Part shown: positions 1 through 10,659 of the stretch, in pieces
How positions within the stretch are numbered: position 1 is the stretch's first letter
Layout of the letters: every line of letters starts with the position of its first letter
Source: Ophelia neglecta
Taxonomy: Eukaryota
NCBI GenBank assembly: GCA_965285935.1
Contig: OZ260661.1
Span: forward strand, 91,884,001 to 91,948,000
DNA: 64,000 bases
Direction of reading: 5' to 3'
Notes under the pieces: generated by a model
Database searches by the model: none
What the model saw: only the letters and a program-made list of their open reading frames with translations
What the model was told of the DNA's origin: nothing
Program-made: the position numbers and the translations under genes

Positions 1-49
1 GAGCCCATTCCTTTGAAGAACATTATGAGCACCAGAAGAAGTGATCAAT

Positions 50-520
50 AGCCGAAGGGTCCATAGGTTTGAAAAATAGACGTGCAACATCTGCGGGGAA
101 AATATCAGCGTTTCAGTAAAACATGCCGGTAAACATTGAACTTGCAGTTGGTTGGCCGCACGGCGGGCGTATTGCTGAAAATGTTTACTCTAGATTGACA
201 GCAACCCACGTGGTGAGCGCGTTTATGTATTAGGGGAGGCCCAGTAAAGTTGTGCCAGATAAGATATGTGATATGAAGGGCGATAGAAGGGCCATATTTT
301 ATCGTCTGACTGTGGAAATTATAGTTAAATGCCCCCGGTCTGTTGGGACTACCTACTTAGGTAAAGCGCCGGAGCGAAACTCATTTATCCTGGTCCAGAT
401 GCAATGTACTCGCATCGTTTCCTATCATAAAATAATTTGATGGATTTGATGGGAAGCAATGTAGTTTGCTGTGGAATGAAAAGTCGGGTGATTTAAACCT
501 ACAGAGGTTCATGGATGACG
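50..520. promoter_or_regulatory. CpG-retaining region, probable promoter-proximal / 5' end of kif26
   Basis: About 20 CpGs in ~470 bp (e.g. GGCCGCACGGCGGGCGT) versus near absence in the following intron. Palindromic E-box CCACGTGG at 206-213. Lies just upstream of the first recognised coding exon. Confidence 0.45.
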
Positions 521-753
521 CTGAGATGGAGATTTTGTTGTGAGAAAGTTCAACTCTCCCACCCATGCTGTTGATATAGTGTGTTATGACTAGTAAACTC
601 AGCTGGAGTATTGCCCATGGGGTTTTGCTTCTAACACCTCAAGTCACTTCAGTCCACCCTACCACAGGCCATCCTAGGTGTGCAGAGCAGCATGCAAGTA
701 TAGTAAACTTGTGATATTGGGATAGAATTTATGAAAAAGTAAATTTCTTACAG

Positions 754-1068
754 GTTGCTGAAGTGGGGAAAAAAGCTACAGGAAGAATACCAACCAGAGA
801 AAGTAGTTCAACCCCCAGGTCAGCCAGAGCATCTTCACCCATGCCTCTCGGGCACAATAGGACTCCCACTCCCCACCCTGGGGCAGAGCCCCCTAGCTAT
901 GTCAGGGGAGGGTCAGATCATCCTTCAGCCTCTGGAGAAAATCCCCATAAAAGGATACGAGGAATTTGGTGTGAATATTGCAATTCTCGTCTAGTGGAAT
1001 TAAAAAGACAGGCTGTGAAACTATGGATGCCTTTTGCTATGCACAGAGGAAACATTCCTCCTTATAAG
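754..1068 (+). CDS. kif26: KIF26A/B-like kinesin, coding exon A (N-terminal region with first CxxC motif)
   Basis: Acceptor tttcttacag|G at 753/754 and donor AAG|gtaagt at 1068/1069; 315 nt, phase 0/0. Translates [10 protein letters not shown]...[22 protein letters not shown]...PPYK, which I recognise as the KIF26B-type [16 protein letters not shown] motif. The first in-exon Met is at 841; the true start may lie in an upstream exon. Confidence 0.93.
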
Positions 1069-3609
1069 GTAAGTTAGGTTATTTATTTGTGTTTTACGTC
1101 AATCTTCAGAGTACAAGAGAATGTGAACTGTCTTGTTTGAGAAAGACAAGGTTAATTGCATTTGTCTTCTGCACAAAGTTGGAGTACCTTTTCATTGAGA
1201 GGTTGTACTTTTTGTGTGATCAATCAGTGTCTGTTCCATGCATGACAGATTAGTGGCCGATCTGTTTGTGGGCTGTCAAACCTTAAGTTGGTACGTAACC
1301 CAAGCCAAAAAATTGCTCTACAAAATACACAGAGCTGAAATATACCCTTCACTTTTAATTACATGCAAGTTTGCCCAGCAAACCAGACACTGTTGGGCCT
1401 GAACTAAAATCCATCAAAATGATGTACTGGAAATGAACTAATGTTGTGCCAGCTGCAGCATCATGTCTTTGATGTTAAACTGTTCAGCTAATATTAAAAT
1501 TCTTGCCAATTTCTCTGGGGAAATACCAAAACCTTTTTTTTTGCTTGGTCACCAAGCATCATAATTTGTGTACAGTGGTGATTGATGCTTAATATTGGAT
1601 ACGCTTCCGAAAGTAGTGCCTTGAATGTTAAATTAGCACTGATGGAAATTTTGTTACTAAATTTTGTTGTAACCTGTCCAATCCATACCCAGCCCTGACA
1701 ATCACAAATTTGCTTGTCATTTACCAGAGTACCAACTTTATTACTTACCTAAATGTCTTGACATCTGCCTATTGTGTGCTCTACAATACCTGCTGATTAG
1801 GAATGCTGTTATCATTTCTGTTGTCCATTAATTGTATATGCAGTAGTTGATTGTAGATGAAGGTGTGAAGTGTTTTTTATCTGTTATCAATTGCAGTATG
1901 CATTTGATATGATAAATGGCATAATAACATTATTTGGGTCTAAGCAGGCTTTGAAGCTAACATCAGAATGGTTAAAACTTGGCCAGTCTTGTAAACTTTA
2001 ACATAAGCTAGTCCCATAACAGACAGGAGACACAGGCCAAATCTCAATAAAAGATGCCACTGCCTACTGAAGGAAAAATTACATTCAAAGCCTGTCTAAG
2101 CCCTGATAGAATTGATCTTTAATGGTGTTGATAGCATGGAATCTATTTTATTGATATAGTCAATTTACTGCATTCAATGAATGTTAGGCTACAAAACGGA
2201 AATGCTTTCTTATCCTCTTTGAACAATGTCTTAGATCTTCAAAAACCTGTTGGTCATAATCTGTTTCCCTCTGAACTCTGTAGAAATGAGTCAGCCAAAG
2301 CTGCAGATGCACCAGTCCAGCAGGTTTTTTAACGTAATATTAGGCGTTTCTAATGGGTTTTTAGGCAGAGATTTAGCTCTTTGATTGCAGTTTTTAGTTA
2401 AGGCTTTGATAGGGTTGTTTTAGACAAGAGAATTGCCTGCTGAAATGATGATTCTGTAATTTATCAACAGCAAATATAGGTGAATATACAGTATGGAAAC
2501 TTGCTTCGTTTTAATTATATTAAAACTAAATATTTCTAAAATATTAAAGTGGAGGAGAACTTTGGACTGCTAGTGATTAGCTGATTACAGCACTAGATAA
2601 CTAATTAACATTTGGTTACAAATTACAAGTGCACATGCAAGTTGTGTATGCCCCTAGCAAAAGAGAATATAAATGGTTTGGACAAACATGGTTTATGCCA
2701 AATAAAATTCTTTTGTTTCTTTTTCTGCTGAAGAGACAGAAGCTAATAATGGTCAATCGGCTAAGAATAGACCTCGTATACTAAATATACATGTACACTG
2801 GGCATTTAATGTTATTTATTGTCTGGACCCATAAGCTTGTTGTCGGTATGACATTTCTTGTCACAGCTGACAGGAATGTGTGATGTGTACATTATAGTGT
2901 TTGAATATGGACGTGTAAATGAAAATAGAAAACGTGACAATTATACAGTGTCACCTTATTTTTAGATTTCCTGCAATCTATATCTGATTTATAAATTGTT
3001 AGTGAATAAATACATGCTCCCCCCTCTCTAAACCTGACTTTGTTCTTGGCCAATGGGACATGTCTTAAGCCATATATTGTTAATATTGTGTGTGAAAACT
3101 GGTGTTGTGCTATTTGTTCATTCACATAAGATCTACTAAATATCCAGTCTGATTCTAAACATTCTCTCCTGTCACATCAATATTGACCTGTGATAGTATT
3201 GACAATGCTATGGTCATGTCACAGGTCATTTCCAAGTCTATCCTTGTAACACAAAAGAATTCTGAACTTTATCCTTCAGGATTTGACCACAGCAAATATT
3301 GGTTGTGCTAAAGATTTATGCTCGGATAAGTATTCAAAATAGCTTTATGGTAAATTGTGGTAAGAACTCTGTGTGAGAATCCTGTTAGGTAGTTCACTAC
3401 TTTATTGAGCTGTAAATACTTACACTACCTCACAGAAGTATGCAAGGTAGTCACACTACCTTCCTGAACTAGTCACACTACGTTTCTAGTCTCTGCAGGG
3501 TAGTCACACTACCTAGCTGAACTAAGTGAAGTAGTCACACTATCTAACTGAACTATGTAGGATAGTCACAGTACCTTACTGAATTTTGTAAGATAGTCAC
3601 ACTGCCTTA

Positions 3610-4520
3610 TGGCCCAGTCACAATGTCGGCGATCTGTCGGGGATTAGTTTTGGCCGGGGGTCGTCGTAGAAAATAAAGAATCCTTGAACAATCCTAGCAA
3701 TAAACCTAATAAAAGTGGAGCAGTCACATTGTCTGAGATTTTTTCAAGGATTTTGACCAGGTTTTGTCAAAAAGTCGTGGGATTAGCCTCCGATCGCCTC
3801 CGATTGCATCGGAGGCGAGCGGAGACAATATCTGCGAGCGTCTTTTCTTTTAATTTTTCCCCCACCATGGGTATATGTGGGGGAAAAGGAGGGTTTTCTG
3901 ACCTCGCATCTGTATTTCTCCCTGTACACTGTAGCGTGGTATCCCTCATCTGGTTGTACATAGAACAGTCTGAGTCACTTCAACTCTGCAGAGAAGCTGG
4001 CGCTGATTCCGCCCCAGAGGCTCCGTGTGGGCCGTGTTGCAGAGTTGAGGGCCAGGCTGATGGGTCTGAGGAGAAGGGAGGAGGCAGTGATGCTGGCCCT
4101 TCTGGCTGAGGAGGAGAGGATCGGTGCTGAGAGAAGGCGCAGGAGACCAAGACAGATGTGGGTGCGGCCCTGGCTGCTGAGAAGGCCACCTGAATTTCCA
4201 ATCCCACACAGAATCTTGCGACTAGTCTCAGATTATTCGGAGGACGCCTCCGATTAATCGGAGGGCATCGTAGGTCATCGGAGATTGTGTCTGGGATGCC
4301 CAAAATGGGTGAAAAATCTTGCGAGCAATCTTCAAATTTTAAGTTCAAAGTTGGGGACCGCGACGGGTGTTGCGATGCCTAAAAAATCTGCGACAAGCCG
4401 CAGGCGTCCGGAGAGCGCCTCCGACGGGTGCAAAATCGTGAGATCTGTCTCAAGATTTTGTTAAAATTTCCCGGGTTTTACCCATCGCCGACGCATCGCA
4501 ACTGATTTGTGACTGGCCCA
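3610..4520 (+). mobile_element. Non-autonomous (internally deleted) PIF/Harbinger DNA transposon, 911 bp
   Basis: 14-bp TIRs with 1 mismatch (left TGGCCCAGTCACAA; right reverse complement TGGGCCAGTCACAA). TTA target-site duplication at 3607-3609 and 4521-4523. Much richer in GC and CpG than the flanks, with a transposase remnant inside. Confidence 0.9.
4027..4190 (+). pseudogene. Truncated N-terminus of a Harbinger-type transposase
   Basis: ...LALLAEEERIGAERRRRRPRQMWVRPWLLRRP matches the basic run + W-V-R-P-W motif typical of animal Harbinger transposase N-termini. Similarity ends abruptly at ~4190 (likely deletion junction) and there is no DDE core. Confidence 0.75.
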
Positions 4521-5625
4521 TTACTGAAGGTTAGTAAGGCAGTCACATTACCTAACTGATCTCAGTAAGGTAGTCCCACTGTCATACTGAACCCTGTAAT
4601 GTAGTCACTTGAACTGATTGAACTCTGTATGGTAGTCCTAATACCTGATTGAAGTCTGTAATATAGTCAAACTACTTTATTGCAAAATGTAAGGTATTCA
4701 CACTACCATACGGCTCATGGTCAGCCTAACCAACCTCTGGCTCTCATTTCATATAGCCAATTTACCTTGATCTTTAAGGATCAGGTTGATGAGGGGGACT
4801 GGTTTGAGGGATTTATAACATGGGACCTCTGCGTCCTGTTTCTGCCAGCCATCAATTTGCAGCCTGATGTACAAGAACCGGAAAAAAACACTATTACTAT
4901 TTTTATTTTTTTTTTACTTGTAGTTAAAAGTGTATGCATATCGGAAATCAAAGTGTTTTCCAGTCACCCTGAACATTGCATGAGATTTACTTAGTTGTCA
5001 CTTTAATTGCAACCAAATAAATGCCCTAAATGCTGGTGAAAAGTTGACTATAGGTGTGGCCTGGGTGGGTGACTTACTTTAAGACATGGCAGTCTTACAG
5101 TCTGCTCCTTTCTCTCTCCTTTATACCAATAGGAGACTCCAGAACTCCTTCCCAGTCCTTGATAGCTACACGTATGAAGGACTCAGTAATGAGTACAAGT
5201 GTCTGGAGAGATGGCCTCCTGTCCCCTTGTAGTGCCTCTCAGAACCTGGTCTGATATTTACCATGATTTGATATCAGCTCAGCTGTTGGTTTATGGATGT
5301 GAGATTATATGAACATAGGTCATGACTTGAGAAGACCAATAACCCTACAGATGTCTGCAGGAGCCAGTTTATTATTCTGGGGCCATTACTGATGCACCCA
5401 TAGCCCTATACAAACACACTTGTCTAACTTAGTCTGCCCATTACCATTGACCAAGTAAAACAAGCATGTAGATTATCACCACTTTACCAGGACTTGTTCT
5501 GTGTATAACTTAATGGCAGTGCTGGTTATAGATTATTGCTGCTATATACCACAGTAATTGACCTGGAACATCAATCAAATCAATCACTTGAAGAAAAGAT
5601 TAGAACCCCTCTCACAATTCCATAA

Positions 5626-5650
5626 ATCAATCAATCAATCAATCCATCCC
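5626..5650. repeat. Short (AATC)n microsatellite
   Basis: aatcaatcaatcaatcaatccatcc. Confidence 0.7.
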
Positions 5651-6278
5651 AGTTTGAGCATTTCTCTGCTGCCTGAATTAAAATTTGCAGAATTAAGCAG
5701 CTCAGCAAAGGCATGGTTGTTCTTATTTGAATGGCAAGTTTAGTTTTACAGGCAAGGATTCTGCTTCCTACACCTGTGGGACCTTACTATAACCTCCATT
5801 TAAAGACATTAAGCACCTTTTTTACCGGTTTTATTGGTTTTTATAGAACAGACACACACAGTGGTTAAATTACCCTGGAAGTAACAGCACAACAGTTTAC
5901 AGAATGTAAAGATTGTGGCCAAATAATTAATGTGTATTCTGTTGTTTGACACTAGGGTGCTAAACTTAATCATGAAGCCAGCCTTGTCTGATCAGGTACA
6001 CTGATGTTAGCATTCATGGGTGTAAGGTTACCAGGGTCAGACTGTAGGGTTTATACTTCAGCATTTTGATAGATTTTAAGATGATTTTAATTCCCCTTTT
6101 TACCTTAATGGGCTGTAAGCATCTGCCATAAATGTCTAATTTTGTCATAAAATGCACATGACTTGCTTTTAAAACTTGCAGGGCCATTTTATTCATGCAC
6201 TGGTGTATGCCTCATTTACCTATACATTGGAATAATTAACATGACAAGGAGAGGTTTTGTTCAATGGCAGTATAAATT

Positions 6279-6292
6279 GTTGCCATGATAAC
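6279..6292. promoter_or_regulatory. RFX X-box motif
   Basis: GTTGCCATGATAAC fits the 14-bp X-box consensus GTHNYY-AT-RRNAAC; function unproven. Confidence 0.35.
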
Positions 6293-7349
6293 TGAGAGAT
6301 AGTTCTACCTTTTGAACATGCGGGTATTTTATATATTGATTGATTTGTTTAAACTGTCCAGCTAACATAGGGACATATTTATTATACTTAGTGTGAGAAA
6401 ATAATACAACTTTTTTGCCACCTAAGATGTACAGTGTACATATACTCACATTCATTTGTATCTAGTTTGCTATTTAGGACCACTTTTCTCTCCTACACCC
6501 TCAACTCAGGTATGCAATTATGTACATCATTCTTGATTTGTACATTGAATGTGCTAATGCCATGCAAAGTTGGAGTCTTGCAAAAATTCCAGGCACTTTG
6601 AACCTTAAATCATTAAAAAAAAACAATATATGTTTTGCTCTCCTGCATAGTGCATTTTGATGATTGTTAATGTAAACATTAATTTGCTGATCTTTGATGG
6701 CTTTTCTTACTGCTCTCAATTCTATGTTGTCTTTCACATGATTGTGTTTTAGGTGAGGTGTGGGCTCCTTCCAGGCAGCCTGGTAACTGTGGTTAGCAAC
6801 CATAAAATTCAAGCTCAAACCATCACAGATGAAACTTATATGCAGATTAATTGCTGCATTATGCAGATAAAGAGTTCTTCTTAAGAGGCACTTGGAGACA
6901 ATTGGTAAAATGATTGTGTGAAGGTCAGCCCGTGCAGATAATCAGGATACCAACAAATTACTAGGAATGCTAAATGTGTTTCTCAAAATTTCCACTATTC
7001 TCTGATAAACACTGAAACTTTTAACTGTAGGGGGTGAGCTTCTCAAATATTTCCTAGTCAGAGATTAAGCCAAGAGACAGTATCTGTTGTGTTTGATACA
7101 AAGAACAAGAAAAAAACAGTAAAGTGGCTGTCTACTACAGAACCATTCAATGATTGAGTATTGATTTTAGTCGCAGAGTGACACGAGGTTAGTTGTTGGT
7201 TGACATTAAACGTTTTTTGGAGACTGGGCATTAGGTAAATTTGCATATAATGTTTGTATGTTTGTTGTCAATGACAGGACATGAGTTCTGGGAACACACA
7301 GGTGTTGACCGAGGAGACCCCGCTACTCCCGGTGAATAGCAGCAGCCGA

Positions 7350-7384
7350 CCAATACAACGGCCAATACAACGGCCAATACAACG
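7350..7384. repeat. 12-bp tandem triplication (CCAATACAACGG)x3
   Basis: Exact copies at 7350 and 7362, with the third at 7374 lacking the last base. Confidence 0.9.
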
Positions 7385-10300
7385 CTCACCTGCCCTGGAC
7401 TAAATAAGAGGCTTCAGCCAATGCACAAACCATCAAAGGCCTGCTTCAGATGAATAAAACATGTCACATTGTGATTAAACCAGGCCCTGCCCTATGTAAT
7501 GAGTCAGCTTTATACAACCTGCCCAAAGTTGAAAGAACTCATGTTACTTAGCAGCAAAAAAATCTCCCTTCTCTTGACTATACCAACAAATCGCAGGTAC
7601 AAGTATTGTTGAAAGTTAATTGACTGAAATGAATTTTAATGCTTTTTTTAGAGACCAGAAACTTAATTTATTCGGACTAACTTTCATCACAAAGAATTTC
7701 AATGCAACTGCAGCAGGATTTTATGAAGTAGCTCTTTCATTTTTTATTTTCCTTTTTTTAAAACACTGCATCTGACAGAGCCATACCAAACACATGAAAA
7801 GAGAGTGTCTTTTAACTTTCACTTAAAAATATATTAAGAGTAAATGTATTAAGAATGAAGCAGCACAACGACCTAGTATTAGTTTATTTTTTTGAGAAAT
7901 ATTTTTGTATAATGCTGGAAGTAAAGAATATCTTATAGGTTCATGTATGGCTGTTTGTCTTTCGATGTCCTATATTATAAATCAGTGGCCTAACTGTAAT
8001 TTTTTATTGTTTTTTCTTTGGACTAGCAGTGTTAATTTTTGTCATCAGATGAGTTGTTTAATACATAAAGAATGTTTTAACTAGTGTTGATAAATTATAC
8101 AACCACTTGCAGTATGCTAAAATTTCATTTATACTTTCATGTAGCTTTTAAGAAGTACATCAATGCCAAACAATATGCCAGGGTTAGGAGTGCAGTGTTT
8201 GGCAAATCTGATATTGTCTGTCCATGTGTGATATCAATGTCTAAATATTGAAATTTCTAGGTATGAAATGTTATTGATCTATTATTCAACATAGTTCCTA
8301 TCGATTGGTAGAACCATGTGTATTGGAAATATGACTGGCCAGTCGAGTGGTAATTAAACACCCCCAGCCTCATTCTTTGCATAGTGTTTGGCAGTCAGAC
8401 AGCTATAAATGTTCAGGATATGTGTTTGTTTGGGGGTACAAAAAGATCAAAGAATTAGATTCCACTGGGCCTCTCCAACTTCTGTAGCCACTCCTAAATC
8501 AATAATAAATAATAATTCTGTTGGTCAAGCATATATCTTTCCACAAAAGTCCATTTGTTGGTTAAGATAAAACCCACAAAGGCAGTTGGGTGCATACCAA
8601 CTAGAATAAAAGGCACCATTCTTTCAGTTTAGATGTTTTTAACCTGAAAGCTCAGGAGAAAACACGTTAAGAGAAGCAATGTGCACGTTTATCTATTAAA
8701 GGAAGTCCCATAACACGGAAAAATGTCTGTGGAGGCTGGGGCTGCTTTTGATTGGCCAAAAATCAAAACGATGGAATACTTCTTTACCAACCTACCCTAA
8801 AAGATAAGAGCAATGTCAAAAGGTGAAATGGAAATTTCCATATTATTCAGCTTAAAAAAGCATTGATTTCGCTATGCCTGAAATGTTTCATCTACATCTA
8901 CATGTTAAGAAGGAGCAGCTTGTTATTTTATGATGCTTCGTAGAACCCTTGGGTAAGAAATGTTCCTTGGGACTTAGTCTTGTGATTCTGGTAATTGTGA
9001 TACTGTGTGTTGGTAAGAACAACTTCCATTAACTATAAATATCATGGGAGTTCTGTTTGAAATGAGTGTTTCTTATCAAAAATAAGCTGTTGTGTTTTAA
9101 ATTACTTGCCAATTTCAGGAATAGCTTGCTTCCTCCTGTAGATGACCTTGTTAATTTTACTCTTGAAACAAGATGGAGCAATTTTCGACCAGAACATGAT
9201 CCAATTTGCCCTTCATTCCTTTAGAGTACTCTTGGTTCTGATGGTCATTGCGAATCTTTGATAATTGGTGACGACACCATGCTCTTGTGAGAAGGTCTGG
9301 CCAAAATCTTTACAATTTAGGGGGTGAATCATCAAAAGTAATGTGGTTACTACAACATGCATTAACGAAAAGTGACAATGGGTTTTCTTCAAATTAGGCA
9401 ATTATTTCAATGTGAATACAGCCATAGTTGTGAACTCCATTTTGGTTGATTTCCTTTGTAACCTGACCATGAAAATTGACTTTTGGGAGCTCTAGAAACT
9501 TGTGCTAATAAGATGAGTGGCCAACAGTTTGTCATTGCTTCAATATTTCACAGTTCAGGAATGGTACATGTTCATGCAAGCCACATGCTTAAAAGTATTG
9601 CCAAATCTTAGTCAAGTGAATTTATGCAAGATCTTTCATTCAAAATGAATATTTTGACAAAAGCTTTTAATAGTTTGAAAGTTAGATGTTCATGTGCTTT
9701 TTGGGCTTATGATTTTCACAACATGCAATAATTTCATTTAATGAAAATGGTCTGTAACTACAGGTTTAATTTGTGTTTCTGCTTGTTACTATAAACATGT
9801 ACATGTAAAGAGAAGGCTATGATGTATGGGCAAAATGGGGAAAAAATCCTTGCGGTGTTAAAAACATCATAATTTTCCATCTCCATCATTGCACAGTAGA
9901 GGAGGAGTCCGGATGACGAGTCGTGATGACGTCCTAAATCCTTGAAGAGTTCCAGACTCATTTTTCTCATTTGGTGCATATGTGATAGGTCTTGACCTTT
10001 TTCAGTGGTAAAAACTAAGGAGCCATCTGTGTATGGCATAATTATAATTTGTTTACTTTTCATATACTATAAAAGTATTCCATATTTTGGCACCAAATGT
10101 TTGTGAATTGGAGTACAAAAAAGGATATGAACTTATTTTAAGTTCGCTTCATTTTTTCATATGACAAAAGCCACCATGTTTCATTTGTGCATGTTGCACT
10201 GTTCACAAAAATGGCAGATTTGTGTGGAACCACTTTCTAGAGTAAAATCTGAGATTGGCATAGATTGTCATAAAATGTGATGTGAGGTGATGGAAATTAG

Positions 10301-10580
10301 CATACATAGAGAACTGGGGCTAAATTTGATTTTAAATTTATTTATAATTTCACTTCAGATCCTTGTGTTGTGGCTATCACATGTACATCATGTAGACCCT
10401 GCCTGCTGGGGCAATCTTACCATGCTTTGCTGGTTAGTGTAAGCATTTAAGCAGCCTTGTTAGAACATTGTTCATAGGCTCTTTCAATAGTTTCTTACTC
10501 TCAGGAAACCATTAACAATAACTCTTTTTTTTATAGAAGTGGCATTTTATGTTCACAAGATGCTTTGCCTAAACAAAATC

Positions 10581-10659
10581 GGGAGATTTTAATTTCATAT
10601 TTTGGCTAATTTGCAAAACGTGAAATTAAAACTCCCCTAAACAAGTGACCTGTACAGTA
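10581..10659. mobile_element. Degenerate MITE-like right end
   Basis: Imperfect inverted repeat GGGAGATTTTAATTTCA...TGAAATTAAAACTCCC followed by a TACAGTA terminus, resembling short TA-flanked invertebrate DNA elements. Matching left end not identified. Confidence 0.4.

Larger units (their letters stand above)
3389..4711. repeat. Degenerate 31-bp minisatellite (consensus ~GTAGTCACACTACCTTACTGAACTCTGTAAG), ~14 units, interrupted by a transposon
   Basis: Unit starts at 3500, 3531, 3562, 3593 and, after the insertion, 4539, 4570, 4601, 4632, 4663, 4694 (31-bp period). Confidence 0.9.

Noticed and set aside
755-994. Alternative-frame ORF over exon A (similarly 28728-28964 and 57144-57362)
   Set aside because: Shadow frames of GC-rich exons, with no recognisable homology and incompatible splice phases.
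3684-4348. Overlapping ORFs in the transposon as a Myb/SANT second gene
   Set aside because: No Trp-spaced Myb/MADF motif is recognisable. The ORFs are explained by high GC content; only the 4027 frame shows a transposase motif.
3389-4711. 31-bp periodic array as a CRISPR array
   Set aside because: Units are contiguous and degenerate along their whole length, with no unique spacers. There are no cas genes and the context is a spliceosomal intron.
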